Below the pieces are notes generated by a model, which was given only the letters and a program-made list of their open reading frames with translations, made no database searches and was not told the DNA's origin. A stretch of 60,647 nt of DNA, filler included, from Sphacelaria rigidula (taxonomy: Eukaryota): the NCBI GenBank assembly GCA_964200075.2. It is 5 parts of 5 records of this genome, joined end to end, with 100 filler letters (N's around TTAATTAATTAA, not from the genome) between each part and the next. Parts side by side here need not be neighbours in the genome. Positions count along the whole stretch, not along the records: positions 12,151 to 24,200 come from CAXNAA020004191.1; positions 24,301 to 36,349 come from CAXNAA020004192.1; 3 more parts are not named here. One strand, 5' to 3'. Within the stretch, counting starts at the first letter, position 1, and each line of letters opens with the position of its first letter. Made by a program: the position numbers and the translations under genes. This document shows, piece by piece, positions 12,151 to 24,698 of the stretch.

Positions 12151-14878
12151 GGGAAAGCACGGCTTTTGAGTTGAACCTCATTTTTTTTTTCAACCCCATT
12201 TTCAAAAATCGGCTGTTAGATGCCTTCTATTGTCCAGGGTGTGGAATTGACCGGGAAGTCGATCACGTACTTGAACACCCCCTCCCACCTCAGCCACGGA
12301 CGGAGCCGGCACGCACAAGCGAAGACAAAGAAGAAAGCAGCAATGAAGCTGAACCTCCTTGAGGGTGTTTAGAGTGATTCGGAGAGCCGGTTGCTGGGTA
12401 TGATGCCTCCAACCTCCAAAAGTGCCTTGGCTGAAGTTGCGACGGTCAAGTCCGAGAAGTTCAATCAAGACTCGCCCTGGTCAAAAGGGGTCAAAATGGT
12501 GGTGTACTCGTGTGCTCCCAGCCACAGGAGCGAAACACAAGGCCATGAGCACCAATGAAGCTGAAACTTGTTGAGGGCGTCTCGATTGATGTTAGAAGAT
12601 CGATGGGATTGTTTTTTGCGCAGCCCGGCTTCCAATCAATTCGGGAAAGAAGAGTGCGTGGTTCGGAGCTTCATTATGAGGCCCGGACGGACGGACGGAT
12701 GCACGGACACTTTTTTAATTTCGGTTCAGTAGAAGCCTTTTTAGCCATAAGGGCCTCACAGGATTTTTGCTTGGCTCCACATGTTGAGTTGGGGCGACGA
12801 GTGAGGGGTTCTATCTTCAATCTAGTTTTTTTCCGCGTCCTTTTTTCCCTCATCTGATTTCTTCATACCTCTTACTGGGTAGTTAGCTTGTAACCACGGA
12901 AGGCGTCGGCATCAGCTACCCAGTACAAATGTTCGAGGGTACAGCGCAGACAACATCAGAGCGGTTTCTTCGATGTGAAGACGTCAACACAGAGGTTTCT
13001 CTATACCCAGCAGCTGCTTCCGCTGGTAAAAGCTCGAAGCTTCACAGAACTTAACGGGAATCGGTTCAATTGATAAACAGAAACACCACAACGCGCGAAA
13101 GTTGACACGAACGATCGTATTTGCGCAGCATTCTCTTTTTCATGTAAATGGTTTTGACTTCGCATTGCCTACTATAATAGCTGAAACATCATCGATCGAC
13201 TGGTTCAAGTTTTTTTAGTTAGTGATAATCTCCAAGTGTACGGAGAGTACGTGCCGTACGGTTAGATCATGAAAGCTACATTTCGGTGTCCGTGTTTTTG
13301 TATCGCGGGGAACATACCTTGCACAGCATGCTCTGGGTGTAGCGCTGCGCGTTCATCCGAGCTTTCGAGGTCTTAGCCCCATTTTTTTGTCGCTACGAAA
13401 CGGCCGTTTCCGCAGTCGAAGTTAATTTAGTCGTCACGAGTGAAAGCTCCGTACCAGTGGTGAAATGGCCTCTGCAGTGGTGACGGATCCCCATATTCAG
13501 CGTTTGAAAACCCATGCCATATACCCACTTGAAAGTTGAGCTACTCCGGAGGCTGTTATGGAGCGCCGGACACGTAGTGGCGAATACCACGCGTGACCGA
13601 ACACAACAAGCGCAGCAATCGGAAGACAGCAAACCCTTCCTTGCAAGTGTTGCGCAGCTCTTCCACCGGCAAGCCGAACCCCTCAGAGCCATTGTCACTT
13701 AATCGTTATTTGCAATAAAATAACCGACTCATGAACGAAAATCTCAAAAGCATCGTTATACATACAATCAAGAGCACCACTTGCTGGACATGAACAGCGA
13801 CTAAAATAAATATTTTCGAAAAAAACCACGAGAAAGAAGACATCAAGCCCGTCAATTCATCACCCGCAAAACTCGCCCATCCACCATCTCCGCCTCTCTT
13901 GCAAACGAAAGGCTGTCGCTGAAACCCCCCAAACTCGTGCGCTGCTTATCTTCTATCCCCGCCAAACTAGCAAATCGTCCATGCATCGTGAGAAGACGGT
14001 TAAACCCCACACAAGAATCACCCACCACTGCACTACACAAGCTCCAAGCGTACCCAAGGTCGAGCGTCGAATGCACCTGGGGCACACCCGTTCGACACTC
14101 AAATGGTGAAAAGCACAGCGCTCAGGTGCAAGTGTTTCAAAAAAGAATCAATGGACAGCACTTCATAAATTCATGCCCTGTGTTGCCTCGAACAAACCTC
14201 CCCCCCTTCACTGGGGTGGCTAATGCACTCTCAGTTCATATCTACCGTAAAACCCACCACCCCCCCTTCCCTCGCCACGGGCAACAACATGTAATACCAA
14301 CACACAAACTACAGGCAGTACAATCGCACCCGACATTTCAACACCCACTTCTGCTGTTTCTTCGTCCATCCCTTCCCATTCGCCCGTCAACGCCAGGGGG
14401 AAACACGGCAGCATTTTAATCGCACTTCGCTTCAGACTTACGACTGAGGACCAAATAACCCCCACCCCCCCCACCCAGTTAGTTTAGCGACGGCTCAATC
14501 AACGTCAATTACCCCAATATTTGCTGATCCGGCATTTTGCGGCCAACACCAGATACGGCTGCAGACATTTTGCTTCTCGCGCTCGGTAGAATATACAATT
14601 CGTGACAAAAAAAATGGCTGTCTTTAACACAAATATGCATATATTCCGTGCCTAGCTACAGTCGGGGTGTGTCACCTTCCAAAAGCAAAAGCAACAGCAA
14701 CAGCAAGATAAAATAATTTACGCATATCTACTTCTCCAACCCATAACCTACCACAAGGTGAAGAAGAAAAAAGAAAAACAGAGAAAGAAAAGGCACAAGT
14801 TGTTGGTGGCCTGGTAACGCACCAGGCCTGTTTAATGTTGTCGACGTCACGCAACTCTGGAATCACATGGCCCCAAGC

Positions 14879-17800
14879 TTAAATACCGTCGGGAAAACGC
14901 TTCTTAATCTGCTTCATGACCTTCAGTTGAGGCACCGGCTCCGTTATTCCTACCACAGTCTCCAGATCCTTCCGCTCCACCTGGAAGATGGGCGCCAATG
15001 TATTGCAAACAAAAGTCGTGTGAATTGGCGAAAGATGTCGTGCGACATAGCAAGATATACGACGGGGGTAACCACACTTAGAGCGTGCATACAATCCTTG
15101 TCACAACAACGGGCAATAAAAGCCAGCCATGCAACAGCTCCTGATGAGGAGAAAGGGAAATGAAGAGACGAACCTGCGCAACACCAACCTCTCGGAGAAA
15201 GCAAAATGTTGATGCAAAACAGAAACGGATCAATACCGCTCCATGAAGAGACAAGAAGTCCACGACAAGCGGTGATGCTAGTTCGTTTCTACTTGATGCG
15301 GACGTGCTTACCTAGTCTTATCAATCACCGTTCCCACTTCCATTCTTCAAGACGTGACTCTTGCAGCCATTTTTTCGGACACGTTATGTGCAGTAAGGTA
15401 AACAAGTGAGATCAGAAAATATTGTTATGTTACTATCGGAAACTCCGGGTCAAGCTACTGTACAGTAACACGCCTTTTGGCAACAACTATGAGCGGGGGG
15501 TGAGCCTGAATAGTCAGCAGTACGATTCAAGACATCAATCGGACTTGTCAACCGTGGAAACCAATAGTTGGACTCTATCGATACCACGGATAGCATCACC
15601 AACCGCGATGAACAGACACGGGGTACCCCCGGGAGCAAGGGCCTCCAACACAGGGAATGCGACTTCAACATTGCGCGGAGAACATGACAGGTGCAGATAA
15701 GAAGCCATACCATAAGCGCATTACACGTACTATCGCCGTGTGCTCAGATGCCGAACAGTTTCAGACGCCTAGGTACCTGACAAACAATATATCCACATCA
15801 TTCAAGAGGCGGGCATATGTGGAGGGGTGACTGCGAGAGCTCGTGTACATGCAGTGAAGCCTCGCTTTTTAAGAGCTTCGATCAGCCTTGGGGCACGCTC
15901 GCTACGTTCACTAATGCTGCGATAACTGACAGCAAATTACCCTCTGGGTATGCTCAGGTAGTAGTGAAAATGTTACGACAGTGCTTGCACATGTCAGTGA
16001 TGCCGCGACAGCTCCCCCCCAAACCAGCCCCACAACTGTCACGAAGAAAATGTTTACACTGTACAGCACATGACAGCTGGTTTCACACCACATGAAGGCC
16101 TCATATGGGTGAGATTGGCGAAAAAGATAGTAAGCGTAGGAGTTCCCAGCTGCTCGGTGTGCTCGGCTCTTGCCGTTTTGATCTACATGCAGATATTAAC
16201 TCCTCAAACCAGCCGCTTGTATGGGAGGGGGATATCGTGGCATCAGTCCTCGAAGCATATCTTGGTGCTGACTGTACGCAAATACTGCAGTTTAGAATCA
16301 TTACTACACTGGACAAGACAACTTAACTTCCTCCATAAGTGGCTACACAACACTACGCCAGTTTCAACGCTCTCCGCTGCTTCCTCCAGATCGATCAGGG
16401 ATTTACCGCGTGCCAATTCACGGCAGACCAATGGGAACAGCAGCTACTCTGGTTGATTGCTCGCACACTACCAGATTCGCACCGACTCCAGCTATCATCA
16501 CAATAATCTTTATGCTCGAATACGCTTGTGCTCGTTCGTGGTTCGTGAAACGCGTTCTTGTTGTGATACAGTAAAAAATTACTAAAATTGTACATCGAAA
16601 ACACGATCGTAAGTGTGATTTGCATATGCATGAAATTCGCCTGCCTCGCATCGCTCCGCGGGTTCTCCAACATACGCCCCCTCCCCTCTAGAAAAGGTAC
16701 ACTCCCGGGATCATTCACGGAACTGGCAGCATAATTCATCTTCCGACAAGAGGCTTGCACTCGACGAGATGAAAACCAATGCCTGAAAAAAAATGATAAC
16801 CCGCAGAAGTACCCACCACCTCGACACGGATCTCCACCCAGCCGAAGCACTCACACAGAACAAAAAGTAAAAAACGCTCACCAGCGGGAGGATATCAAGC
16901 GTGATGCCGGACTGCACGAAGTTCTCCACGAAGCGTTCCAGTTTCACAGGTCGCAACAATTCCAGTAAAACCGCTCTGTACTCCTCCTCTTCCTCATCCT
17001 CTTCCTCCTCCTCCTCCTCCCCCTTTTGCTCCACCGCAGGCTCCGGCTTCACCGCAACGTCCTCGGTGGCAGCATCTTTCTCAACCGCTTGTTCGACGAT
17101 GTCCTCATCAGCGACGACTACTGGAATTTGCGGGGTGTCCACCCGTGCATCCGACGTTTCCACGGAAACGGCCTCCGGCTCCACAGAAACGGCCTCCGGC
17201 TCCACGGAAACGGCCTCCGGCTCCACGGAAACGGCCTCCGGCTCCACGGTTTCAGATGCTGCCGTCCGCGACACTTCTTGAGTGGGTGTTTCCTGTTCTG
17301 CTGCTGCCGCGTGAGGCTTTTCTGACGGTCGCGATGGAGACACGACCTTTTCCTTCGCCTTCATCGCTGTACCTTGCACGTTTTTAGTAGGCGAAATGCC
17401 GCCGTTGAACCGAGCCGCAACAGCCGCAACCGAAATCCTACCGATTGGCTCTTCGACCACCGGCTCCTCGACCGCCCGCTTCTCCATCACCGGCTTCTCG
17501 ACCACCGGCACCTCGACCGCCGACTCCTCGACCACCGGTTCATCGACCACCGGCTCATCGACCACCGGCTCTTCTACCATTGGGTTCTCGACGGGCGACT
17601 TCGGTGAGGATATAAAGGATTCTTCGTCGTCCTGTTTTACCGACGCTTCGGTTGTCTCCTGTTGGTGGGGCTCGCGCGAACTATTCGCAGGCGACACCTG
17701 CGAGTTGGTCCCAAAAGGAGAGTTTGGAATGAGTTTCGTGACTTGCGGTAATGGAGATAACTCCACTTCGGTTGCTGCGGCACCTGAAGGGGTGGCAGAA

Positions 17801-20800
17801 GCTGGCACCTCCTCCGCCGCAGAAACCTTTCGACATAGAGACAGTGGGGCGGGAACCACGCACAAAACGAAACATACAAGTACTCCCTGGGTTTTCAACC
17901 GGATCGTTTAGGTTAGCCTGGTTGATCGATTACGAAAAACAACGCAGGTGAGCGACGCGAGGGAGAGCGAAGTATGCGAAAGAACCAAAACGCGAAATTC
18001 AATTTTAAGGCGACAAGGAAGGACATGGTCTTTTTTACTGTCCTCGCGCTTGTTCTCTGCTTCACATCCCTTGTCTTGCAAACGCGCTGAAAAACAACCT
18101 CTCAACACCGTCTTGTTGTACCGCACGTTCGGCACGAAAACGACAGCCCGTTTACGACAAAACGTACATGAAGAAATCAAAACCTGTCAGGAAACAAATC
18201 AAGATAACACGATACCTTGCTTGGATTTTCGATGATAGTAGCTGCGGCGTTGGCCTCGGCACGAGCTTGTCGCACCCTGTAGTAATGAAAAATAGAGCAA
18301 GGGGGAACAAGAAGTAAGCGAAGGGTAAAAAACGGCGGACATAGCGAGTGACGTAAGCCATCACATTTGACGGCATACTGCCCCGTCCGTAGGACAGCTG
18401 CCGCGTCGTGGCAACAGCAGCTCCAAGTAACTCATAGTCAGGACCACAGAACAACCAACTACTGAGTGCGAACCTATTATGCACCCCCGAGTCTGGACAG
18501 TCCAACATTCTCTCATCGACGTGTAAGAAGTACGAAATACGAATTCCTACTTTCACAGATGTCTGTTTCCGACAAACGCAACCGCAACACTCAGTCACCA
18601 CCACACCTGAGGACTTCGTTGACAAAAGACGCTGGGAAATACGAAGCAGGAGATCCCCCGTTCACTTGCTCCAGCTTGAGCGTGGCACCCGTCATATCGG
18701 CCAGCAACACCCCAAGGAGAATTGTACCTCCCTCTGGAGTCAGGGTAGGAGCTTCCAACACGCTGATCGTTAGCGGTGAAGCCTCGCCCCTCTGATCGAA
18801 TGAGGATATGCATCCGGTGGGAAAGGGATGAAGGGTATTAGAGATGTGCTACGTTGACGATTTTACAGTCTTACAATCTCATCATGAATAGGGCGTGTCT
18901 TCGCACCTTTTCTTTCGATCGAACAAGTGCGGTCGATTTTTTAGGCCGATCTCATAGGTCCACCGCATTTATGTTCCTTGAAGGCTTCAACTCAAAATTA
19001 TGAAGAGCGGCGCGCGGAGAAGAATGCAACGAGTGAAAAAACAATCGTTTTCGACCGAAAACATGCGGCCGAAAGGCACAGAGCGGCACTTGACTCCTAT
19101 CTTACAGACCACCATGCCAAATAACACGTGTTCACAGGACCATGCAAACTCCATCCAACTCATTCTCAGCTACCACCGCAACCCTGCAGCAGAGAGCACG
19201 AGTTGGGCACAGGGATAGATGTACTACAGTAGTAGGGTATGCTTCGCTTATTTTTTGTTGGCGAAAACCTGCGCATCTCCTCTCCTGGTAGGCATCAGGG
19301 ACGGAACTGCGTGGTACGGTGGACAACCGAGTTGCGTGCACGCTCATGGACAGTGCAGGCAGTACAAAGCTGCACGTTGCTGAAGTTTCATGTCGCATCG
19401 TAAGCAGAGAGAACTGATAGTCCTGAGCTTTCTACACTGCACGTTGTCCGCTTCTCCTTTATATCCTCCTGCACGAAACACGCACACACGCACTCAAGAC
19501 ACCCTACTTGCAAGCAGTGCAAACAGTACAGCTGTACTGTACACGAGTGACCATGTGCCGTGTCACGAATTTCACGTTCTTTTTTCGATCGAAAGCTTGA
19601 AAATCCATTCGGACCCAACTGCATCAAAACGAAAAAAAATTGCTCAGATCAATTCCACCGCCTCATTTTTTCGATCGAAAATAAAAGTGCTGAGACAGGC
19701 CCTAAGAAGCGTCTTGCGAACTCATCAACTAGAGGGCTATTGATGAGCAAAAACATGATCAGGAATGACCATTGCAGCATTTTCGGCCTGGTAAATGAAG
19801 GCTGGACATGCCGCGGTACACTAACAAGTGTTTGATGAAAAATCTAGACATGATGAGGGCTGGAATATGCCAGGTGTTGTGCGACCGTAGGGCATGGGCG
19901 CAAGAGACGTAGACAGCGGGCTCCTCCCCTTTAGACAGCCGATAAGACATTTCCTGAAAGCCAACGGGTAAATCTGATCCCATCCGGCATTCGCGGATTG
20001 CCAAGAGTATTTCTTCCCTGAGTACTGAAATCTAGCCGTAATACCTTCGTCAGCGGTTTGGGTCCCTATATTTTGCTTGCCTTACGCTCCCTAGGAGACG
20101 ATCAGTTGGAGATGTTGTGAGACTAGTTTTGTAGAGGCCGACTATGTCGATGAGTGCATTATATTCCTTGAACCTTCTTGCCTCCACATCTGCTTGAGGC
20201 GACCGAATGAAGATTTTGTCCTCAACATTACATTCTTCGGAAAGACACCACACAATTTCATATGAGACTCTATCACGGATCGAATATTTTTGCAGACAAT
20301 TGCCCATGCACACTTACCGATTCTACTCGAACGGCGCCATTGTAGCACTCAAGAGCCGTGATGTTATCCAGCAGGAGACCCTTCTTGCTGGATTTGCCCT
20401 TGGGTCCCGCCTTGGATGCCCACACGATCTGGCGCAGCACGTTCAAACAACAGCAAAATAAAAATGCAGTGCTTGCCCAACCGTATTCATGTGTTGATAT
20501 TCACTCCTCGCGCATATCCTTCATCATGACTTCTCTGCCCCGGACTCTAACGGTACTGCGTGAGCGAAAATATTTTCGGGGAATGTAGACATGGTTTGTG
20601 GACGCTGGTGTCGGTACATCAAGGTGGTAGGTAGGCTCACACGATCTTAAGCGGCACGTTAGAGCGAATAGGAAAACAACTTTGAAATGGCAAATGAAAG
20701 GCACGTGAAACAACGACCTTGTGTGGACACGAGGCAAGAACGTCGAGGCAACTCGGAGAAAACAAAAAACAAGACAATGGGGGTACAACATCATGTCGTC

Positions 20801-23727
20801 GGGAGGATGCTGACAGAGACCCGGACAAACACGCCCGGAATCTAAAACAGCACGTACGGCCACGTCAACACGATCCAGTGCCCACGAGATCGGAAGTCAT
20901 GCACAGCTTGCAGGTAGAAAATCTGAAACAGATCAATTTCATGCTGTGACTGACGAAAACAGAGACGAGTACGTACAGACACGAGACAGGCAACGCTATG
21001 CGGTTCTTCGTGGGGAGAATGGTGATTGCGAACGCTGGCAACGCGAGGCATTGTTCTCTTCTCTGGTTCTGCGGCAAGAGAAACCACTGCAATTGGTTAG
21101 GAAATCACAGTGCTGTATGCAGTAAGCAAGCTGCCCCTTTTAGTCAAACTGACGGCGGCGAGAAACAAACTTCGTACCATGCCCAACGACACAAACAAAT
21201 GCAAGTAAATTTGAGGGTGACATGTAGGATATTCTTCAACGCGAGTCAAACGTGGTCTGGTGTGATACTCGGTATCATGAAATACCAAAACTCTCTAACG
21301 CTTACAACAAATAAAGCAGTAATGAAAAATTGTGTAGGGATTCATTGTTCGTCTTTTGAAGGAGCAAGTATTAGATAAGACACAATTTTCGACTCATACA
21401 ATACATTCATCTCTCAACACACGGACAGAAATTAGTGAGGGTCATGCCATCGACCACCGGGCGACCTCCATTTACACAATTTACAGCAAACCTGCTTGTT
21501 GTTGGGACTCAGGTAGAGGTAGCGCTGCAGAACGGACTCGCCGCGTCCCTTGTTAACCTAAAATATTGACGGATAACGCACAGGGGGTGCCGCGAAAAAA
21601 ACACAAGGTAAGCACGCAAATGAGTTCGATGTACGGAGCATCATCCAGGGTGGAGGGAACACCTTACCACACGCTGCAAGGACACGAACACTTGACTATA
21701 ACAACGACAATTACAAGACGAGACGCGCCGCGTTCCGGATGAGTAGACTTCTCTTGCTCTTTTGCCTTGAGGCCGATAGATGTGGTGAGGGAGGTCACGA
21801 TGACGTTCCGAGCTCCCTCTAGGGGAGATTTTCCTTGGCAATCCCCACTCCAAGACGCGAAAAAGCGGTTCAGCAGGTCGGCACCCATGTACAGGTCCGT
21901 ACTGTCAGGGATCAGCTCCGCTGGCGCTGAAAGCAAAAAATGCAAGTGCGGCAACAAAAATAAAAGGTGGAGACAGGAAATGACGAAATGATCATTCGGA
22001 CACACACTGTCATCCTACTTCAAAGTGGTGGTTGTACAGGCCATCGTCATAATGAAAAACAAGTCTATAACGTTTCAGTGAAGCCCACTTGCTTCACAGA
22101 ACTTTCCCACACTTGGGTTTGCTCGAAATTCGTTTTTTTTTTTCCATATTTGGATCGGACATGGGTGTACAAGAAAACAAAAAAGCCAGGACATATACAC
22201 GGGATACATAAACACTCAACGGCAAAAGCTACGGTTTCTTGCGCAACGAGATGAGCAGGGGCGAAACGTGCGCCCAGCGGCTGTACATCTTCAGAGTGGA
22301 TTGATCCCGTCGTCAACGTCGCTAGACCAGTTCCGTCGGCGCCTCAGGGAAACAGTGCACACATCCACATCAAGACATGCGCAGGGAAGTGGTGATGGTC
22401 ATCTTCCGGTAGCTCGATGAAAAAAAGCCACGTGATGCCTGTAGCCTGTAAAGGTGGTAACTATACTGGTCCTCTTTTCCGGCCCAAGTTTCCAAGTTCC
22501 ACCGGCCTACTTACACCGCAAAAGGCAGAACTCGCGCCACGGTCGAACAGCCGAACAGCGGCAATTTTTCCTCCAACCGAAATACGGCAGGCGTCTGGGC
22601 AACACCTAATGGCGCTATACACGCGACAATCAGCAGCCGTAAAGTTTCCTACACCAGCGGAACGTGGAGAATGATACGCAGCCACAAAAGCGGGAGAACA
22701 AACACAAGGAAAAACGACTCACGAATATCTGGTTGCTGCGTGGGGATGACATTGGATCCGTTACTGGACATCTGGGGCTTCTCCCACGAAGTCCGTTTGC
22801 TGATGTGGTCCACGTAGTACACGGTACCCTGCTCGGTTCTTTGCATCTCCCACCCTATCATCACGGACACAGCCAACGAAAAAAGAAAGAGAAAACAGGC
22901 ACGCGGAAAAATACAGAGTGAGGCATCAGCCCCGGGCGTTATCGCACACAAGAACAGAACAGCGCGTGTACACGGGGTGAATGAGAATGTATTCGACACA
23001 CACAAAAAACGTGTCCCCCATTAGGACGAAATTGCATCAATAGGCACGTAGAACAACAAGAGCCAGAGAATGACGAGTGAGAGCTGAAGACAAGAGGCAG
23101 AAGAATCATGAATTCCTGCATCCTCCAAGATACCAAACCTGCAACAATACTATTTCATGAGGCGTGTGCCGACCTTTTCCCCCCCCTTTCCCAGTTTCTC
23201 CCAGGTCTTGTGTACACCTACATGCCGTGTCGCGTTGGTCTAAGTGGTACATCAACAGCTAGTTGAGGCCAAATGAAGGTTTCGGGTTCAAATACCGACA
23301 GATGAGGCATCTCTTGAACATAATCTCGCTTCCGTCGGTGAAAACGCGGGGGTGTGACCAACCAGGATGCATCACAAACGAAATTCGACGAGTCAACAGG
23401 GTGTGGGGGGACCGTTGATCCAATCTTCGATTCACGGATCGTTAGACCCGTAGTACCGAGGTAGACAGGGGTTACTCCCTCAAGACTTGGTCCTCAGGAA
23501 ATGGAGCGCTCGAAAACATGACAGAAAAACAGAGAAACAAACGGAGAAAGTACCTTCAGGCAGCGGGCACCCATCCTCATCACGATTGACCACCACGCTC
23601 TGGGAATCAGCCTCGGTGGGAGTGGCCGATTCAGGGACGGGCGAGACAGGCGGGTCCCAGCTAGTGGTGCGATCATTATGGTTGGTCCAAAATGGTACCC
23701 CGTCTTCCGTGTACAACTTCTCCCAGC
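14879..23727 (-). CDS. WW-WW-(PH-like)-acidic/Pro-rich linker-SAM domain protein, 5'-partial; exons 23727-23554, 22854-22723, 21926-21766, 20428-20318, 18791-18666, 17826-16882, 14980-14879
   Basis: Phase-consistent splicing gives about 582 aa to a TAA stop. WW1 is GWEKLYTEDGVPFWTNHNDRTTSWDPP. WW2 is LPE|GWEMQRTEQGTVYYVDHISKRTSWEKP. The central block RNVIVTSLTTSIGLK|IVWASKAGPKGKSSKKGLLLDNITALECYNGAVRVES|RGEASPLTISV looks PH-like (inference). The C-terminal SAM is LLELLRPVKLERFVENFVQSGITLDILPL|VERKDLETVVGITEPVPQLKVMKQIKK. One donor (21765) must be GC. Confidence 0.82.
17157..17250 (-). repeat. Coding minisatellite, 21-bp unit x4 (EPEAVSV)
   Basis: cacggaaacggcctccggctc is repeated on +, in frame within the large exon. 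A 15-bp (E/D)EPVV-like array lies at about 17447-17592 and a poly-Glu tract at about 16981-17018. Confidence 0.9.
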
Positions 23728-24200
23728 CTGGTGTTGGGGTCAGCGTTGGTCGTGGTTGTTGGATTAGGGTTGTCATGTGCGACGTGGCAGCCATCTTTCA
23801 AAGGTCATCAGTTTTTGGGCCCTCAAACTCCCCACTCCGTGCTTTTACTCAGGGCGTGTAGTACAACGTACACCAGTTCAGTATGGTCAGGAGTTCCCAC
23901 CAGGTGGGGTGCTCGGCATGGTACAAGCAACAGCCGAAACCCCTTCATCCGAGAGTGCCACTCAGAGGAGTACTGTTCACCGGTGTCATATAGTGAAACA
24001 ACCTCCGGTAGGGTTGAGGTCAAGTGCGAGGATCATGCTGAGGACAGACGAAAAAGTTGGGAACACGGTAGGGTCATGGAAAGGGACCCTCGGCTCCACG
24101 ATCCGACCTCGAACGCGACTATGATTCACCACGTATGAATGTGTGTGTGTTGTCGTCCCATTTATTCTGGACGCCAGTCTACCCCTTTCGGGATATGTGG

Positions 24201-24300
24201 NNNNNNNNNNNNNNNNNNNNNNNNNNNNNNNNNNNNNNNNNNNNTTAATTAATTAANNNNNNNNNNNNNNNNNNNNNNNNNNNNNNNNNNNNNNNNNNNN
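24201..24300. other. Artificial contig spacer N44-TTAATTAATTAA-N44
   Basis: Same linker as at 12051. Confidence 0.97.
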
Positions 24301-24698
24301 CTTGCATTTGGATGACAGCCTACATGAGTTGCTTTATTTTCTGGTATCGCCATTTCCGGAGACAGGCACGGCTTATACACTGCCTTGTGGGTGCGTCATG
24401 CGATTTTTATGGGGGGGGGGCTAACGCGGCATCAGTTGGAACCAGCCTGGACGTGGGACCTCCTCCAGCACACACGTGTGAGTTCAGTGGGGTGCCAACG
24501 AAGCCGATTTCTCCATGTGTCTCACTCACTCGTACCAGCTGTATGGAAGTATATTGCAGCAGTCATCTTGAGGGTCATGGCCACAAAATCCGTACAAGAC
24601 GATGAGAAAAATCAACAGAGATCAAGAGCGGAGTACAGCGCGCGATATTCCTTGCTATATCCACAGCGTCCAATTTTGTGTCGGAGCAATCCCCTTAC

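Noticed and set aside
16901..17911. Plus-strand Ser/Thr-rich ORFs (STETASG, GSSTT repeats)
   Set aside because: Antisense shadows of the repeat-containing minus-strand exon.
18905..19685. Recurring palindrome TTTCGATCGAAA (about 18913, 19049, 19583, 19669)
   Set aside because: Short, partly degenerate and intronic. There is not enough to define an element or regulatory site.
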